From an uncultured Gammaproteobacteria bacterium (GTDB taxonomy: Bacteria; Patescibacteriota; Patescibacteriia; CAZSQN01): a stretch of 64,000 nucleotides of DNA. This document shows, one piece after another, positions 18,743 through 27,722 of this stretch. The stretch lies in NCBI GenBank assembly GCA_964609095.1, contig CAZSQN010000002.1, positions 88,066-152,065 on the forward strand. The letters are read 5' to 3'. The position numbers were made by a program, and so were the translations under genes. The notes under the pieces are model-generated. The model did not search any database and was not told the DNA's origin. It saw nothing but the letters and a program-made list of their open reading frames with translations. The stretch's first letter is position 1. Each line of letters starts with the position of its first letter.

Positions 18743-19102
18743 TCACCTTTTTATCCTCGAACATGGATGCTGTATAAAAAACTTCTCCCTGGCCTCGGCC
18801 CAATCCTCCACATTCATTCCTTGCTTCATCTCCAAAATAGCTCCATCGCAGCCGGGAGAATGGCAAACTATCCTTGGCCTATGCGCTTCATCTTCAGTGC
18901 GGACAACATTATGTTCGGACAGTTTCTTGCCGCTAACCTCATCCACCTTGTCGGCAATCTGCCGCAATTCGTCGGGGCTTAAGGCCACAAATCCATTAAT
19001 GCATACGGGGCTGGAGATGAACCCGTCCTTATTGATATAGCCGAACGTCTTATCGCCAACAAACACTATCCAACCATTTACTGAACGCGCAATCCGCAAC
19101 AT
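18743..19102 (-). CDS. hypothetical protein, possible C-terminal Zn site (CHSPGC...HPC)
   Basis: 119-aa ORF with AGGAGG SD and its own promoter. Confidence 0.7.
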   Translation of the reverse strand: MLRIARSVNGWIVFVGDKTFGYINKDGFISSPVCINGFVALSPDELRQIADKVDEVSGKKLSEHNVVRTEDEAHRPRIVCHSPGCDGAILEMKQGMNVEDWAEAREKFFIQHPCSRIKR

Positions 19103-19107
19103 TTCTT

Positions 19108-19166
19108 CCTCCTTTTTGGCAAAGAGCAGCTGAACGGATTAAAACACAAAATCAGCGCGGCGTCAA
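19108..19166 (-). promoter_or_regulatory. promoter + boxA-like motif + SD leader
   Basis: TTGACG-17-TTTAAT; TGCTCTTTGCCA (19117-19128); AGGAGG. Confidence 0.6.
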
Positions 19167-19180
19167 CCGTCTTTTCGTAA

Positions 19181-19252
19181 ATTAAAAAACGCCCGCTATC
19201 GCACGCAAAATATTGCTAATAACAATTTTAAGCTATAGCTGATTTTTGTTAT
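19181..19252. repeat. 72-bp direct repeat, copy 1
   Basis: identical to 19908-19979. Confidence 0.92.
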
Positions 19253-19279
19253 TATATTTTTATAATCTCAAACTTAAAT

Positions 19280-19306
19280 AAAAAAATCCCCGCTTTTGCG
19301 GGGATT
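19280..19306 (-). terminator. intrinsic terminator after ORF 19331-19834
   Basis: aatccccgc-tttt-gcggggatt with U-tract on the minus strand. Confidence 0.8.
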
Positions 19307-19330
19307 CATGACGCTCGAAAGCGTCTTACT

Positions 19331-19834
19331 TTATTGCGGACGAACCAAAAGAAACTGACAAGATTCATGAAACGGATAAAAGAGCGAGCGCAACCACAAA
19401 GTTCGTTTTAAATCCTCGCTTCTCACATCTCCACGCTGCATCTGCAAATACGGCACGGCAAATTCACCGCCGGGTCCAAGCCAAACCGAGCCCACGGCGA
19501 CAACCATTTCTTCGGGCTTAAAATCAGGTCGCGTTAAAGCAAGCTCGAAAAGATGATAATATCTTGCGGCGCTGTAGCCCCGCAAAAAATCGCTCGCAAG
19601 GTAGTAAAAGATGGAGCGCGCGGACAATCCCGCAGTAAAATGAAACAAGTCCAAAGCAAAAGTTTCCGAACCCATGCTTCTTTCCGTATCGCCCCAAGCG
19701 GGGGGATCTTGGCTTAACCAGCCATTACATCTGCAGTTTCCAACTTGCTCCAATTCCCGAAGCGTCTGCTCTCTCTTTTTTGAGAAGTCCACAGTAACGG
19801 AAAAAGAGTTAACAATGTAATCCGCAATGCTCAT
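19331..19834 (-). CDS. hypothetical protein
   Basis: 167-aa ORF with its own promoter, SD and terminator. Confidence 0.75.
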   Translation of the reverse strand: MSIADYIVNSFSVTVDFSKKREQTLRELEQVGNCRCNGWLSQDPPAWGDTERSMGSETFALDLFHFTAGLSARSIFYYLASDFLRGYSAARYYHLFELALTRPDFKPEEMVVAVGSVWLGPGGEFAVPYLQMQRGDVRSEDLKRTLWLRSLFYPFHESCQFLLVRPQ

Positions 19835-19840
19835 TTTTTA

Positions 19841-19899
19841 TTCCCCTTTCGTTGTGCAAAGAACATTCAAATTAAACAAGAAAATCAGACTATTGTCAA
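19841..19899 (-). promoter_or_regulatory. promoter + boxA-like motif + SD leader
   Basis: TTGACA-17-TTTAAT; TGTTCTTTGCAC (19854-19865); AAGGGGAA. Confidence 0.6.
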
Positions 19900-19907
19900 T
19901 CGTTCAT

Positions 19908-19979
19908 ATTAAAAAACGCCCGCTATCGCACGCAAAATATTGCTAATAACAATTTTAAGCTATAGCTGATTTTTGTTAT
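19908..19979. repeat. 72-bp direct repeat, copy 2
   Basis: identical to 19181-19252. Confidence 0.92.
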
Positions 19980-20000
19980 CTTAAATAAAAAACCTCCGCG

Positions 20001-21068
20001 TTAGCGAAGGTTCCAGACAGCTTCAAACTTTCCAAGGTACGCGCGCTCCGCGCGTTCGGGAGCATAGCGCCGGGCAAAAGCATAGCGGTTAAACATGCGC
20101 TGGGCATTGGAGGTGCCCGCGTTATAAGCGGCCGCGACATAAAGTCCGAGATTTAATTCGTTGCCGGAAGCGAGCAATCCCCGCCTGGCCCACGGCGGCA
20201 GGCGGGCGATGATTGAATCAATCACGCAATACATAGCCGCAACAGAATCCTCATGATCCGCCATGGCCGCGAGAAAACTCATCGGCAGCCGCGCGCGCGG
20301 GTAAGCGCGGCGCGTTGCCAAATAGGTTGCCGGCATCATTTGGCTAATGCCGCGCGCGCCGGCAAAACTCCGGGAATAGCGATAGGCATCGCCTTTGTTG
20401 GCGCCGAAGATAACGAGCGTCCGCTGGAGAAACGGAATTAAGCTTTCGCCCCTCTCCCACCGGCTTCCGTCAATATGTTCAACAAAAATCAGTCCTAAAA
20501 CAATATCTCTGGGCACGACTTCAACAACTGATTTGCCGCGGCTTGCCAGCGACGGAACCGCTCTCGTCCGCGCCTCCGCCATAGTCAAAAGCGACCGCAG
20601 ATAATCAAGTCCTTCCGTTCGTAGGACAAGAGTATCCATACCATGGCTCCATGGAACATAAACAACTCCAGTTCCCCTGACATTCCGCCTCAAGGCCAAA
20701 ACAATTCCATTTTCAGGAAAGAGAACTTCAAAATGGGAATTTACGCCGTTGCCCCGCACTTTCCGAATCGCGACACCGGGCAGGCGACTGGCTCCGGAGG
20801 CGTCAACCGGCACGGCCAATATTTCGTCGCCCGTAAGGAGCGCGAGGACGCATCCGTTTCTTGGCGCGCGCTCCCGCCGTAAAAGTTCGCGGGCGCGGCG
20901 CAGATCTTCTTGCGTCGGCCGATCGCGCGATGGCGCGTAGCCCAAATTAGGCAGATGATCAAAAGAGCTGCCGTGCGCCTCACGAGTCAAAAACAGAATC
21001 ACGGCGGCGCCGATAAAAATCAAAAGAACAATTCTTAAAAAGACCATCCAGAACCAGCTGTTTTTCAT
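20001..21068 (-). CDS. secreted/anchored lytic transglycosylase (SLT)-like protein
   Basis: signal/TM segment; S.AGARGISQMMPATY and AAAYNAG SLT motifs; start MKNS with SD GGAGG. Confidence 0.7.
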   Translation of the reverse strand: MKNSWFWMVFLRIVLLIFIGAAVILFLTREAHGSSFDHLPNLGYAPSRDRPTQEDLRRARELLRRERAPRNGCVLALLTGDEILAVPVDASGASRLPGVAIRKVRGNGVNSHFEVLFPENGIVLALRRNVRGTGVVYVPWSHGMDTLVLRTEGLDYLRSLLTMAEARTRAVPSLASRGKSVVEVVPRDIVLGLIFVEHIDGSRWERGESLIPFLQRTLVIFGANKGDAYRYSRSFAGARGISQMMPATYLATRRAYPRARLPMSFLAAMADHEDSVAAMYCVIDSIIARLPPWARRGLLASGNELNLGLYVAAAYNAGTSNAQRMFNRYAFARRYAPERAERAYLGKFEAVWNLR

Positions 21069-21120
21069 CCGTTCCTCCACTTGCTATATACAACTTTTTC
21101 GTATTATTGGCAATAAAATG

Positions 21121-21146
21121 AAAAACCTCATCCCGAAAGGATGAGG
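21121..21146 (-). terminator. intrinsic terminator overlapping the HAD stop codon
   Basis: cctcatcc-cgaaa-ggatgagg with U-tract on the minus strand. Confidence 0.75.
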
Positions 21147-21868
21147 CGGATTTTCTTATCAATCCAATCTCCAACTTGCGAAAAATCTTCTGTCGTTATT
21201 ACTTCTCCCATGTAAGGAGCGACCGTATTTGCTTCTTCTTTGTCTTTAGCGATTCCCAAGCGCAGCTCTTGGCGCAATCCAAGCATATAGTCGCCAATGG
21301 AATCGCCAACCGCCAAAAGGCGCTCCGGGGCAATGCCGTAATGCTTTGCAAACACCATTGACCAAATGCCTTTATCAAAAGGATGAACAAGAGTTCGGCT
21401 ATTCCAGCCGACGACTGTTTTATTTCTTTTGTCATGGATAAGCCGCGCGGCGTAAACGCGGTGCACAGCTCCTCCAAGGCCGTTTAACTCCAGCACCCTT
21501 TCAATAAAATCAGCCACGCTAAACGAAATAACGCCAACCCGGATTCCTCTGCCGGTCAATTCTCTGATTTTATCCGCAACGCCTTCCCGGAGTTTGACTT
21601 CGTTTAACGACCTCTGCCATTGCTCGCGGCGCAAACCGCATTCGGCATAACTTTGAAGCGCCGTCCGAATCAACCTTCTTTCAATTGAAGGCGCGACCGG
21701 TCCAAGAGCCGCTTTGCGAAAATACAATTTTTTGATTCTTTCCGCCTTTTCCGCTTCGCCCTCCGGCAGGCAACATTTCTCCACGACTGTTATGAGCGAA
21801 CCGTAGTGTTTGGGCGTCAGTGTGCCGTCAAAATCAAAAACAACGCCGATGGGGTCTTTTTGCGCCAC
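21128..21868 (-). CDS. HAD-superfamily phosphatase (subfamily IB-like)
   Basis: FDFDGTLT, VIS, K, VGDSIGD motifs; GTG start with SD AAGGAG. Confidence 0.88.
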   Translation of the reverse strand: MAQKDPIGVVFDFDGTLTPKHYGSLITVVEKCCLPEGEAEKAERIKKLYFRKAALGPVAPSIERRLIRTALQSYAECGLRREQWQRSLNEVKLREGVADKIRELTGRGIRVGVISFSVADFIERVLELNGLGGAVHRVYAARLIHDKRNKTVVGWNSRTLVHPFDKGIWSMVFAKHYGIAPERLLAVGDSIGDYMLGLRQELRLGIAKDKEEANTVAPYMGEVITTEDFSQVGDWIDKKIRLILSG

Positions 21869-21937
21869 TTATCCGCTCCTTTTTATTTCAACGAACTGGC
21901 TAAAGTTTATTGGAAAACAGCCGCAACTGTCAACCGC

Positions 21938-23101
21938 TTATATTGCCAATAAAATTTGTTCCGCGTAATTTTGAGGTTGCGGTGGATTTGGCACAAAAGG
22001 AACCGCGACAAATTTTTCCATGGCCGCGAGAAGTGAATCAATGTTTCCGGGTGCAAAAAGCAATCCTGAAATTCCCTCATCCACCATCTCCGGTATTCCC
22101 CCGATTCTACTGGCCAAAACAGGCACGCCGTAAGAGAGCGATTCGGAAATCACTGCCGGAGCATTTTCGTAAACCAAAGAGGGAACAATCGTCGCGCGGT
22201 GCGCGCCATAAAGGCTTCCTGTTGCCCCATGCGGAACAGCGCCGAGAACTTTAACGCTTGGCATCTCTTTCGCTATTTTTATAACTTCAGGCAGTAACGC
22301 GCCGCCGCCGGCAATTGTGAGGCCGACATCAGGATGCGAGGCGGAAAATCCCTTCCACGCATCAAGCAAAAACAGTATGCCTTTGTGCTCTTCTATCTGG
22401 CCGAGGTAAAGGAAGCTATTTTTGATTGAGCCGGAAACATTTATTAAGGAACCTCTCTTAACGAGGTTTTTCACCACTTTTTTATCTGATTTTGGAAAAA
22501 ATCCGCGTTCCGAATAAAAATCCAAAAGCCATTTTGACGGAGAAACAACAACATCCGGCGAGCAGAACAAGGCGCGGGTTAAAAAAGAAAAAATTTTATT
22601 GTGTAATTTGTTTTCTTCTCCCGGCCGCAAAAGGCCTGAGGGAGAAACAAGCTGGACATCATGCGCCGTATGAATCCACTTGTACGGAATTTCTTTATCT
22701 CTTCTCACGCTATAGAGCGTGGAAGGAACGATAAGGCCAAATCCTTTAAGATTGTGAGTGGCCACGATGTCGGGCCGAACCTTTTCAAGAATATGAGCAA
22801 GACAAAAACTCGCGTGGATATTCCAAATATCAAACAGGTGCCAGAACGCCCGGAGCAAAAAATTATGTTTTCCGATATTTCCGTAAAAAAATATGTTTAA
22901 CGGAAAAAATCTATATATGATTATGCCGTTTTCAACTGTTTTCTTCGGCCACAAGCTCTCCATGCCGCTAAACGGTTTAGCCGTTATCACAATCACCTCA
23001 TGGCCGGCGCGATTGAACTCGGTTGCGGCAGATGCCGCGACCGCTTCCGCTCCGCCCCTGCCGTAAGGAGGATACAAACCGGTGATAATGCAAATTTCCA
23101 T
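21938..23101 (-). CDS. GT4 glycosyltransferase
   Basis: GGAE, YLGQIEEHKG, PSLVYENAP..I.ES...G.PV.ASRIGG. Confidence 0.92.
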   Translation of the reverse strand: MEICIITGLYPPYGRGGAEAVAASAATEFNRAGHEVIVITAKPFSGMESLWPKKTVENGIIIYRFFPLNIFFYGNIGKHNFLLRAFWHLFDIWNIHASFCLAHILEKVRPDIVATHNLKGFGLIVPSTLYSVRRDKEIPYKWIHTAHDVQLVSPSGLLRPGEENKLHNKIFSFLTRALFCSPDVVVSPSKWLLDFYSERGFFPKSDKKVVKNLVKRGSLINVSGSIKNSFLYLGQIEEHKGILFLLDAWKGFSASHPDVGLTIAGGGALLPEVIKIAKEMPSVKVLGAVPHGATGSLYGAHRATIVPSLVYENAPAVISESLSYGVPVLASRIGGIPEMVDEGISGLLFAPGNIDSLLAAMEKFVAVPFVPNPPQPQNYAEQILLAI

Positions 23102-23105
23102 ACCC

Positions 23106-24239
23106 CTATAAAATAATTTTATTCCATATCTGTGCTATTCGCGGCAGGGCATAATGCTCCCGCGCTCTTTCTAACGCAGCCCTTCCCATTTCCGCGTCCG
23201 CTTCTTTGGAAAAAAATTCTTCAAACTTGCGCGCCAAAGCTGATATGTTTCCGGCGGGAACCAAAAAACCCGTTTCGTTATTTTTTATAACGGTTCTCAC
23301 GCCCGGCAAATCCGTCGCGATCGCCGCCAGCCCCGAAGCGGCCGCTTCCAAAAGTACGATGCCAAAGGCCTCCGAGCTGTCTATTGACGGAAGAACAAAC
23401 AAGTCCGCCAGATTATAGTACTTTGGCAAATCCGCTTCGCTTGCGGAACCGACGAAAATAGTTCTGGAGTCAATACCTAATTCTTTGGCGAGTTTTTCAT
23501 AAAACGGACGCAGATTGCCGTCGCCGACTATTAACAGGGTATAGGGTAGAGGGTGGAGGGTGGAGGAAAATTTTTTAAATGCATCAATCAAAACAGGAAC
23601 ACCTTTAAAATAGTGGGCACTGTCTAAGCCCCCGACAAAAAGAATGACTTTTTCTTCAGATGAGATTTTTAATCTTGCCGCAAACTCCGCATCACGCGGG
23701 CGCGGAGCAAACCTCTCCGTGTCCACACCAAGAGGAATTTCTATAAATTTATCCGATTGCGCCGCAACCAAGCCCCGAAGCGCGCCGGAATAGGCATAAT
23801 CAAGCGAAGTGACAATAACTTTGCCGGCACGGCCGAGGATTAAAGGCATTAGATATTTTTGGTGCCAGCGAAAAATTCTTCCCAGCAGTCCCTTGCCGCG
23901 CACATCCATATGATAAAAAATAATCAGCCTGGCTTTTGGCCTCATGAACAAAAAAAATTCCGCGGCGCCGAAAAAAGGATAATGCAAAATAACGGCGTCA
24001 AAGCCGCGAATTTTCCATAAAATCTGCGGAACTATGGCCGCGTTTCCATATTTTAAGACCGGCCTTAACCGTGTCAGCCGGTATTTTCCGGAACTTAAAC
24101 CATCCGCTCGGCTGTATAACGGCGAAAAGACCTCTACTTCGTGTCCGGCTTTGGCAAATGCTTCTGCCTGCTCTTTTGCCACCATTCCTATTCCTCCCTT
24201 ATACGGCGGAAAAACCGGCGTCACTATGGCAATTTTCAT
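23106..24239 (-). CDS. GT4 glycosyltransferase
   Basis: FVGGLD..HYFKG, LPS...SEAFGIVLLEA; start moved to MKIA. Confidence 0.93.
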   Translation of the reverse strand: MKIAIVTPVFPPYKGGIGMVAKEQAEAFAKAGHEVEVFSPLYSRADGLSSGKYRLTRLRPVLKYGNAAIVPQILWKIRGFDAVILHYPFFGAAEFFLFMRPKARLIIFYHMDVRGKGLLGRIFRWHQKYLMPLILGRAGKVIVTSLDYAYSGALRGLVAAQSDKFIEIPLGVDTERFAPRPRDAEFAARLKISSEEKVILFVGGLDSAHYFKGVPVLIDAFKKFSSTLHPLPYTLLIVGDGNLRPFYEKLAKELGIDSRTIFVGSASEADLPKYYNLADLFVLPSIDSSEAFGIVLLEAAASGLAAIATDLPGVRTVIKNNETGFLVPAGNISALARKFEEFFSKEADAEMGRAALERAREHYALPRIAQIWNKIIL

Positions 24240-24240
24240 A

Positions 24241-24376
24241 CCCCGCACATAATTTCGATATTAAAGTAATTTAGAAAATTTTTTGTTTTAATTTTAAACT
24301 CTATTTATCTATTTCACTGGTCTTAACTTGTTTCCCATCCCGTGAACGCGGGATGGAATCGAAGTTATGTGCGGGG
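24241..24376. mobile_element. miniature inverted-repeat element E4
   Basis: ccccgcacataatttcgat ... atcgaagttatgtgcgggg; internal hairpin ccatcccg/cgggatgg. Confidence 0.7.
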
Positions 24377-24379
24377 CTT

Positions 24380-25480
24380 TTACCAAAAAATAAACGCTCT
24401 CGCTATAACCCAATACAAAATCAAGAGCGGATTCACGAAATAGAGAACGAAAGGATTTTTAAAATCCTGAAAAAGAATGGCGGGAGTAAAAAGGTCAACA
24501 ATTTCGCAATCGCTCTTTTTTCTGGCTTTTTGCGCCATCTGCCGCGCCTTTAGCAGATTTTTCCAGTTATTCAGAGATAAAAAATATTTATATCCTTTTA
24601 TCTTTTCTTCAAACCATCCGGAGCGCAGAGAAAAAAGCAAAAGTCCGGCTTCGGCCGCCAAAAGCGCCGGCGCAAGCAAAAGCAAGGTCGGCAATTTATA
24701 TAATTTAAACATAACCATAAACCGATTCCGCTCCATCCAGTAATACTTCTTGATGCTGCGCGAAAATTCGTATTTATGATAAATCCAGCTCCTTGGCGCG
24801 AGAATATTTTCATATCCGGCCAATCGCAGCCGCCAGCCCAAGTCCAAGTCCTCGTGATATAAAAATAATTCTTTGTCAAAGAGTCCCATTTCGGAGAGAG
24901 CCGACGCCCGATAGAGAACTCCGGCGCCGGAGCCGTAAGCTATTTTAAAATTTTTTTCAAAAGATATTTTTTCGGCTATCAGCTTTTCAACATCAGATAA
25001 ATTCATTCCGTATCCGCGCGCGTAACCAAATCCCAAAAAATGAATGGCGTTGCCAAAAGAGTTCACGGTGGTTTTGTTATCGTGTAGAAGTATAAGGGAT
25101 TGAATTGACCCTGCTGATTTTGCCTCTTCGGCTAATTTTACGGTTTCGAAAATAAAATTAGGGTCAACTTCCGTATCCTGATTAAGCAGATAAATATAAT
25201 CAAACCCAGCCTCCAGCGCGAGCCGCATGCCGATATTATTGCCTTCGGCAAAGCCCAGATTTTCCTTGTTTTCTATCAAGTTAATTTTAGAAAGCTTTGT
25301 TCCCGACTTCGGCAAAATTTCATTTTTAAAAAAAATTAAACCGTCATCGCTTGAACCGTTATCAATAACAAAAATCTCCGCGTCCTTAGCCGGATAATTC
25401 ATTGCTTCAAGCGAAGCAAAACAGTCGGCTAAATATTGCCGACCGTTATAAAGAAGATAAATGACGGCAACCCGAGGCAT
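24380..25480 (-). CDS. GT2 glycosyltransferase (WbbL-like rhamnosyltransferase family)
   Basis: IDNGSSD, NLGFAEGNN, LLNQD, FLYHEDLDLGWR. Confidence 0.9.
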   Translation of the reverse strand: MPRVAVIYLLYNGRQYLADCFASLEAMNYPAKDAEIFVIDNGSSDDGLIFFKNEILPKSGTKLSKINLIENKENLGFAEGNNIGMRLALEAGFDYIYLLNQDTEVDPNFIFETVKLAEEAKSAGSIQSLILLHDNKTTVNSFGNAIHFLGFGYARGYGMNLSDVEKLIAEKISFEKNFKIAYGSGAGVLYRASALSEMGLFDKELFLYHEDLDLGWRLRLAGYENILAPRSWIYHKYEFSRSIKKYYWMERNRFMVMFKLYKLPTLLLLAPALLAAEAGLLLFSLRSGWFEEKIKGYKYFLSLNNWKNLLKARQMAQKARKKSDCEIVDLFTPAILFQDFKNPFVLYFVNPLLILYWVIARAFIFW

Positions 25481-25485
25481 GTTTT

Positions 25486-25552
25486 AGAAGCAAAAATTAA
25501 GAATCAAGAATTAAGAAAAAAGTTTACTTCTTAATTCCCACTTCTTGATTCT
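25486..25552. repeat. 7-nt periodic inverted array, partly inside the DUF2304-like gene 3' end
   Basis: agaatca/agaatta units then tacttct-taattcc-cacttct-tgattct. Confidence 0.65.
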
Positions 25553-25865
25553 CGCGTATTGCCAGTTCTTCCGTTATTTTGGATATGTCCCGTTCCATTT
25601 TTTCTACTCTTACCATTAATCTGAACGCCAAATAATAAATTCCCAAAACCGCCAGATACACGGCTAGGTCAGAGCCGCGCCCAATACCCACCAAATTTGC
25701 CAATCGCGTTGTCGTTTCGGGGATAGCCACAACTATCCCGGCCGCAAGCCAAAAAATCAGCCAAAGAATAAGCCATCTTACGCTAATGGCATTCCCCCGC
25801 CGCCGCAGCAACAATCTGAAAACGGCGAAAACTATAAACGACAATAAAATTATTTTAATAATCAT
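25524..25865 (-). CDS. DUF2304-like small membrane protein
   Basis: W..FW, GIGRGSDL..Y, C-terminal coiled coil; coupled to the GT2 gene. Confidence 0.8.
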   Translation of the reverse strand: MIIKIILLSFIVFAVFRLLLRRRGNAISVRWLILWLIFWLAAGIVVAIPETTTRLANLVGIGRGSDLAVYLAVLGIYYLAFRLMVRVEKMERDISKITEELAIRENQEVGIKK

Positions 25866-26533
25866 CTGAATAAGTCCCCCCTGATTAAATCAAGCATTAT
25901 TTTTATTGCGCCGCCGCTTCTCTGCCCTTTGCCCAGCGAGTAGGGGCTGTAATTTACAGTTACCGGAACTTCGCGATAAGCCAAATTCAGACGGCTGATT
26001 TCGCTTAAAATTTCTGAGGCGTGGGCAAACCTGTCTTGCGTTATTTTGATGCGGCTTGCGGCGCGCCGAGAAAAGGATCGGAAGCCGTTATGCGTGTCGG
26101 TTATTTTAAGCCCGGTTGTTAATCTGGTAAAAAACACGGCTAAATGCAAAAGAATTTTTCTTCCAGCCGGCATAGATACCGCCGAGCCGATAAACCTTGA
26201 CCCCAAAGCAACTTCGGCAATGCCGCCGGCTATTGGCGCAATAAGCGACGGGATATCGGATGCGTCTTGCTGAAGATCAGCGTCAAAAGTGACAATGATA
26301 TCCGCTCCGCGCATAAGCGCGGCGCGGATGCCGGTGCGCAAAGCCGCTCCCTGCCCCCTGTTTATGGCATGCCTTAAAACATTAGCGCCCGCGCCAGAGG
26401 CGCGCAGCCCCGTAGCATCCTGCGAGCCGTCATCTATAACTATCACCTCGTCCGCGTATTTCCGCGCCTCGCTTACGGCCAGGGAAACGGTCTGCTCTTC
26501 ATTGTGCGCGGGAATGACTACAATAGTACGCAT
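25862..26533 (-). CDS. GT2 polyprenol-phosphate glycosyltransferase (DPM1-like)
   Basis: IPAHNE, IDDGS.D, NRGQGAAL.TG, FDAD, GSRF, TDTHNGFR. Confidence 0.9.
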   Translation of the reverse strand: MRTIVVIPAHNEEQTVSLAVSEARKYADEVIVIDDGSQDATGLRASGAGANVLRHAINRGQGAALRTGIRAALMRGADIIVTFDADLQQDASDIPSLIAPIAGGIAEVALGSRFIGSAVSMPAGRKILLHLAVFFTRLTTGLKITDTHNGFRSFSRRAASRIKITQDRFAHASEILSEISRLNLAYREVPVTVNYSPYSLGKGQRSGGAIKIMLDLIRGDLFR

Positions 26534-26600
26534 AAATTTCAGATTTCAAATTTAAAATTTAAAAAATAAATCTAAAATCTGAAATCACAAATCTGAAATT
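26534..26600. repeat. 7-nt periodic array with inverted arms
   Basis: atttcag/atttcaa/atttaaa ... aaatcta/aaatctg/aaatcac. Confidence 0.75.
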
Positions 26601-27612
26601 AGGCGATGCCCAACAATTCTTTATGCGCGAGGGTGTAATCAATGGATTGCTTTAACCCCTCATCAAGTTTAACAAGAGGAAACCATCCCAACGTCTCTTT
26701 GGCTTTGCTTAAATCCGGCAGCCCCAAAGGAGTCATAAAAAGAAGCGGGGGTTCAAAACGGATTTTTGAGGACGAACCGGTCATCTGGATTATTTTTGCC
26801 GCCACATCAGCCAATTTCCACTCCTCGTCATTGCCCAAATTAACCGGCCCGATCCCGGAAGGCGCGCTCATAAGTTTGATAAGCCCGTCCACAATATCAG
26901 AAACATAAACAAGAGACGTCTTAAAATTGTCATCACCATAGATTACAAGGTCCCTGCCTTCCAGCGCGTCAACGATAAAATCCGGCACCATTTCGCCGTC
27001 AAAAAGGCGCTGGCGCGGCCCATAAGTGCGGAAAATACGGGCGATCTTTACATCCAGTTTATGCACCTGCTCGTAAGTGGCGCAGATTGTTTCCGCAAAT
27101 CTTTTTCCCTCGTCATAGCAAGCTCGGGGCGAAAGCTGGTCTATAGCGCCCAAATCCGTTTCCTTAAATTTTTCTTTATCCGGCCGCCGCGGCCCGTAAA
27201 CCACGGAGGTGGAAGCGTGCACGACTTTGGCTTTGTATTTAACTCCCAATTCAGCCGCATTTTTGGCAGCGGCGGAATTGGACTCCAGTGTCTGCAGTTT
27301 AAACTGGTCAAAATTTTTCGCGCTGGTGGGACAGGCGAGATGATAAATTTCCTGAATACCCTGAAATTTAACCTTGAATCTGTCCAGCTCTTTAAAACTT
27401 TCCAGCTCCAGCGGCTTGGTCATGTCGTGCCTTAAAAATTCAAAATCAGGCAATTGCAAAAGGCGGTCAATATTCCGTTCATTAGAATTGATAAAACTGT
27501 CAACGCAGATAACATGGCTGTCTTTGAGCAGCCGCTCGCACAAATGCGAGCCGATAAAGCCGGCCCCTCCGGTTACCAGCACGTTTTTTTTCTCAAAAGT
27601 TAGTTCGGCCAT
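26599..27612 (-). CDS. UDP-glucuronate decarboxylase-like extended SDR
   Basis: TGGAGFIGSHLCERL, IYHLACP, RACYDEGKRFAET, ARIF.TYGPR. Confidence 0.85.
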   Translation of the reverse strand: MAELTFEKKNVLVTGGAGFIGSHLCERLLKDSHVICVDSFINSNERNIDRLLQLPDFEFLRHDMTKPLELESFKELDRFKVKFQGIQEIYHLACPTSAKNFDQFKLQTLESNSAAAKNAAELGVKYKAKVVHASTSVVYGPRRPDKEKFKETDLGAIDQLSPRACYDEGKRFAETICATYEQVHKLDVKIARIFRTYGPRQRLFDGEMVPDFIVDALEGRDLVIYGDDNFKTSLVYVSDIVDGLIKLMSAPSGIGPVNLGNDEEWKLADVAAKIIQMTGSSSKIRFEPPLLFMTPLGLPDLSKAKETLGWFPLVKLDEGLKQSIDYTLAHKELLGIA

Positions 27613-27617
27613 ATTTT

Positions 27618-27720
27618 TAAGAGATAAGAGATAAGAGATAAGAGTTAAGAGTTAAAAATTTAGAAAGCTCTCTCAACTTTCAACTTTTAACTTTCAGCTT
27701 ACAGCTTACAGCTTTATCTT
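27618..27720. repeat. 7-nt periodic array with inverted arms
   Basis: taagaga x3, taagagt x2 ... tttcaac/ttttaac/tttcagc/ttacagc x2. Confidence 0.85.
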
Positions 27721-27722
27721 TA

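Noticed and set aside
18705-18866. 54-aa N-terminal extension of udp
   Set aside because: Overlaps the upstream ORF and a repeat; ATG at 18704 has a good SD
19181-19979. CRISPR array or integron attC sites
   Set aside because: Only two 72-bp copies 727 bp apart; no cas or intI gene; the AAC...GTT palindrome is too short and lacks RYYYAAC/GTTRRRY cores
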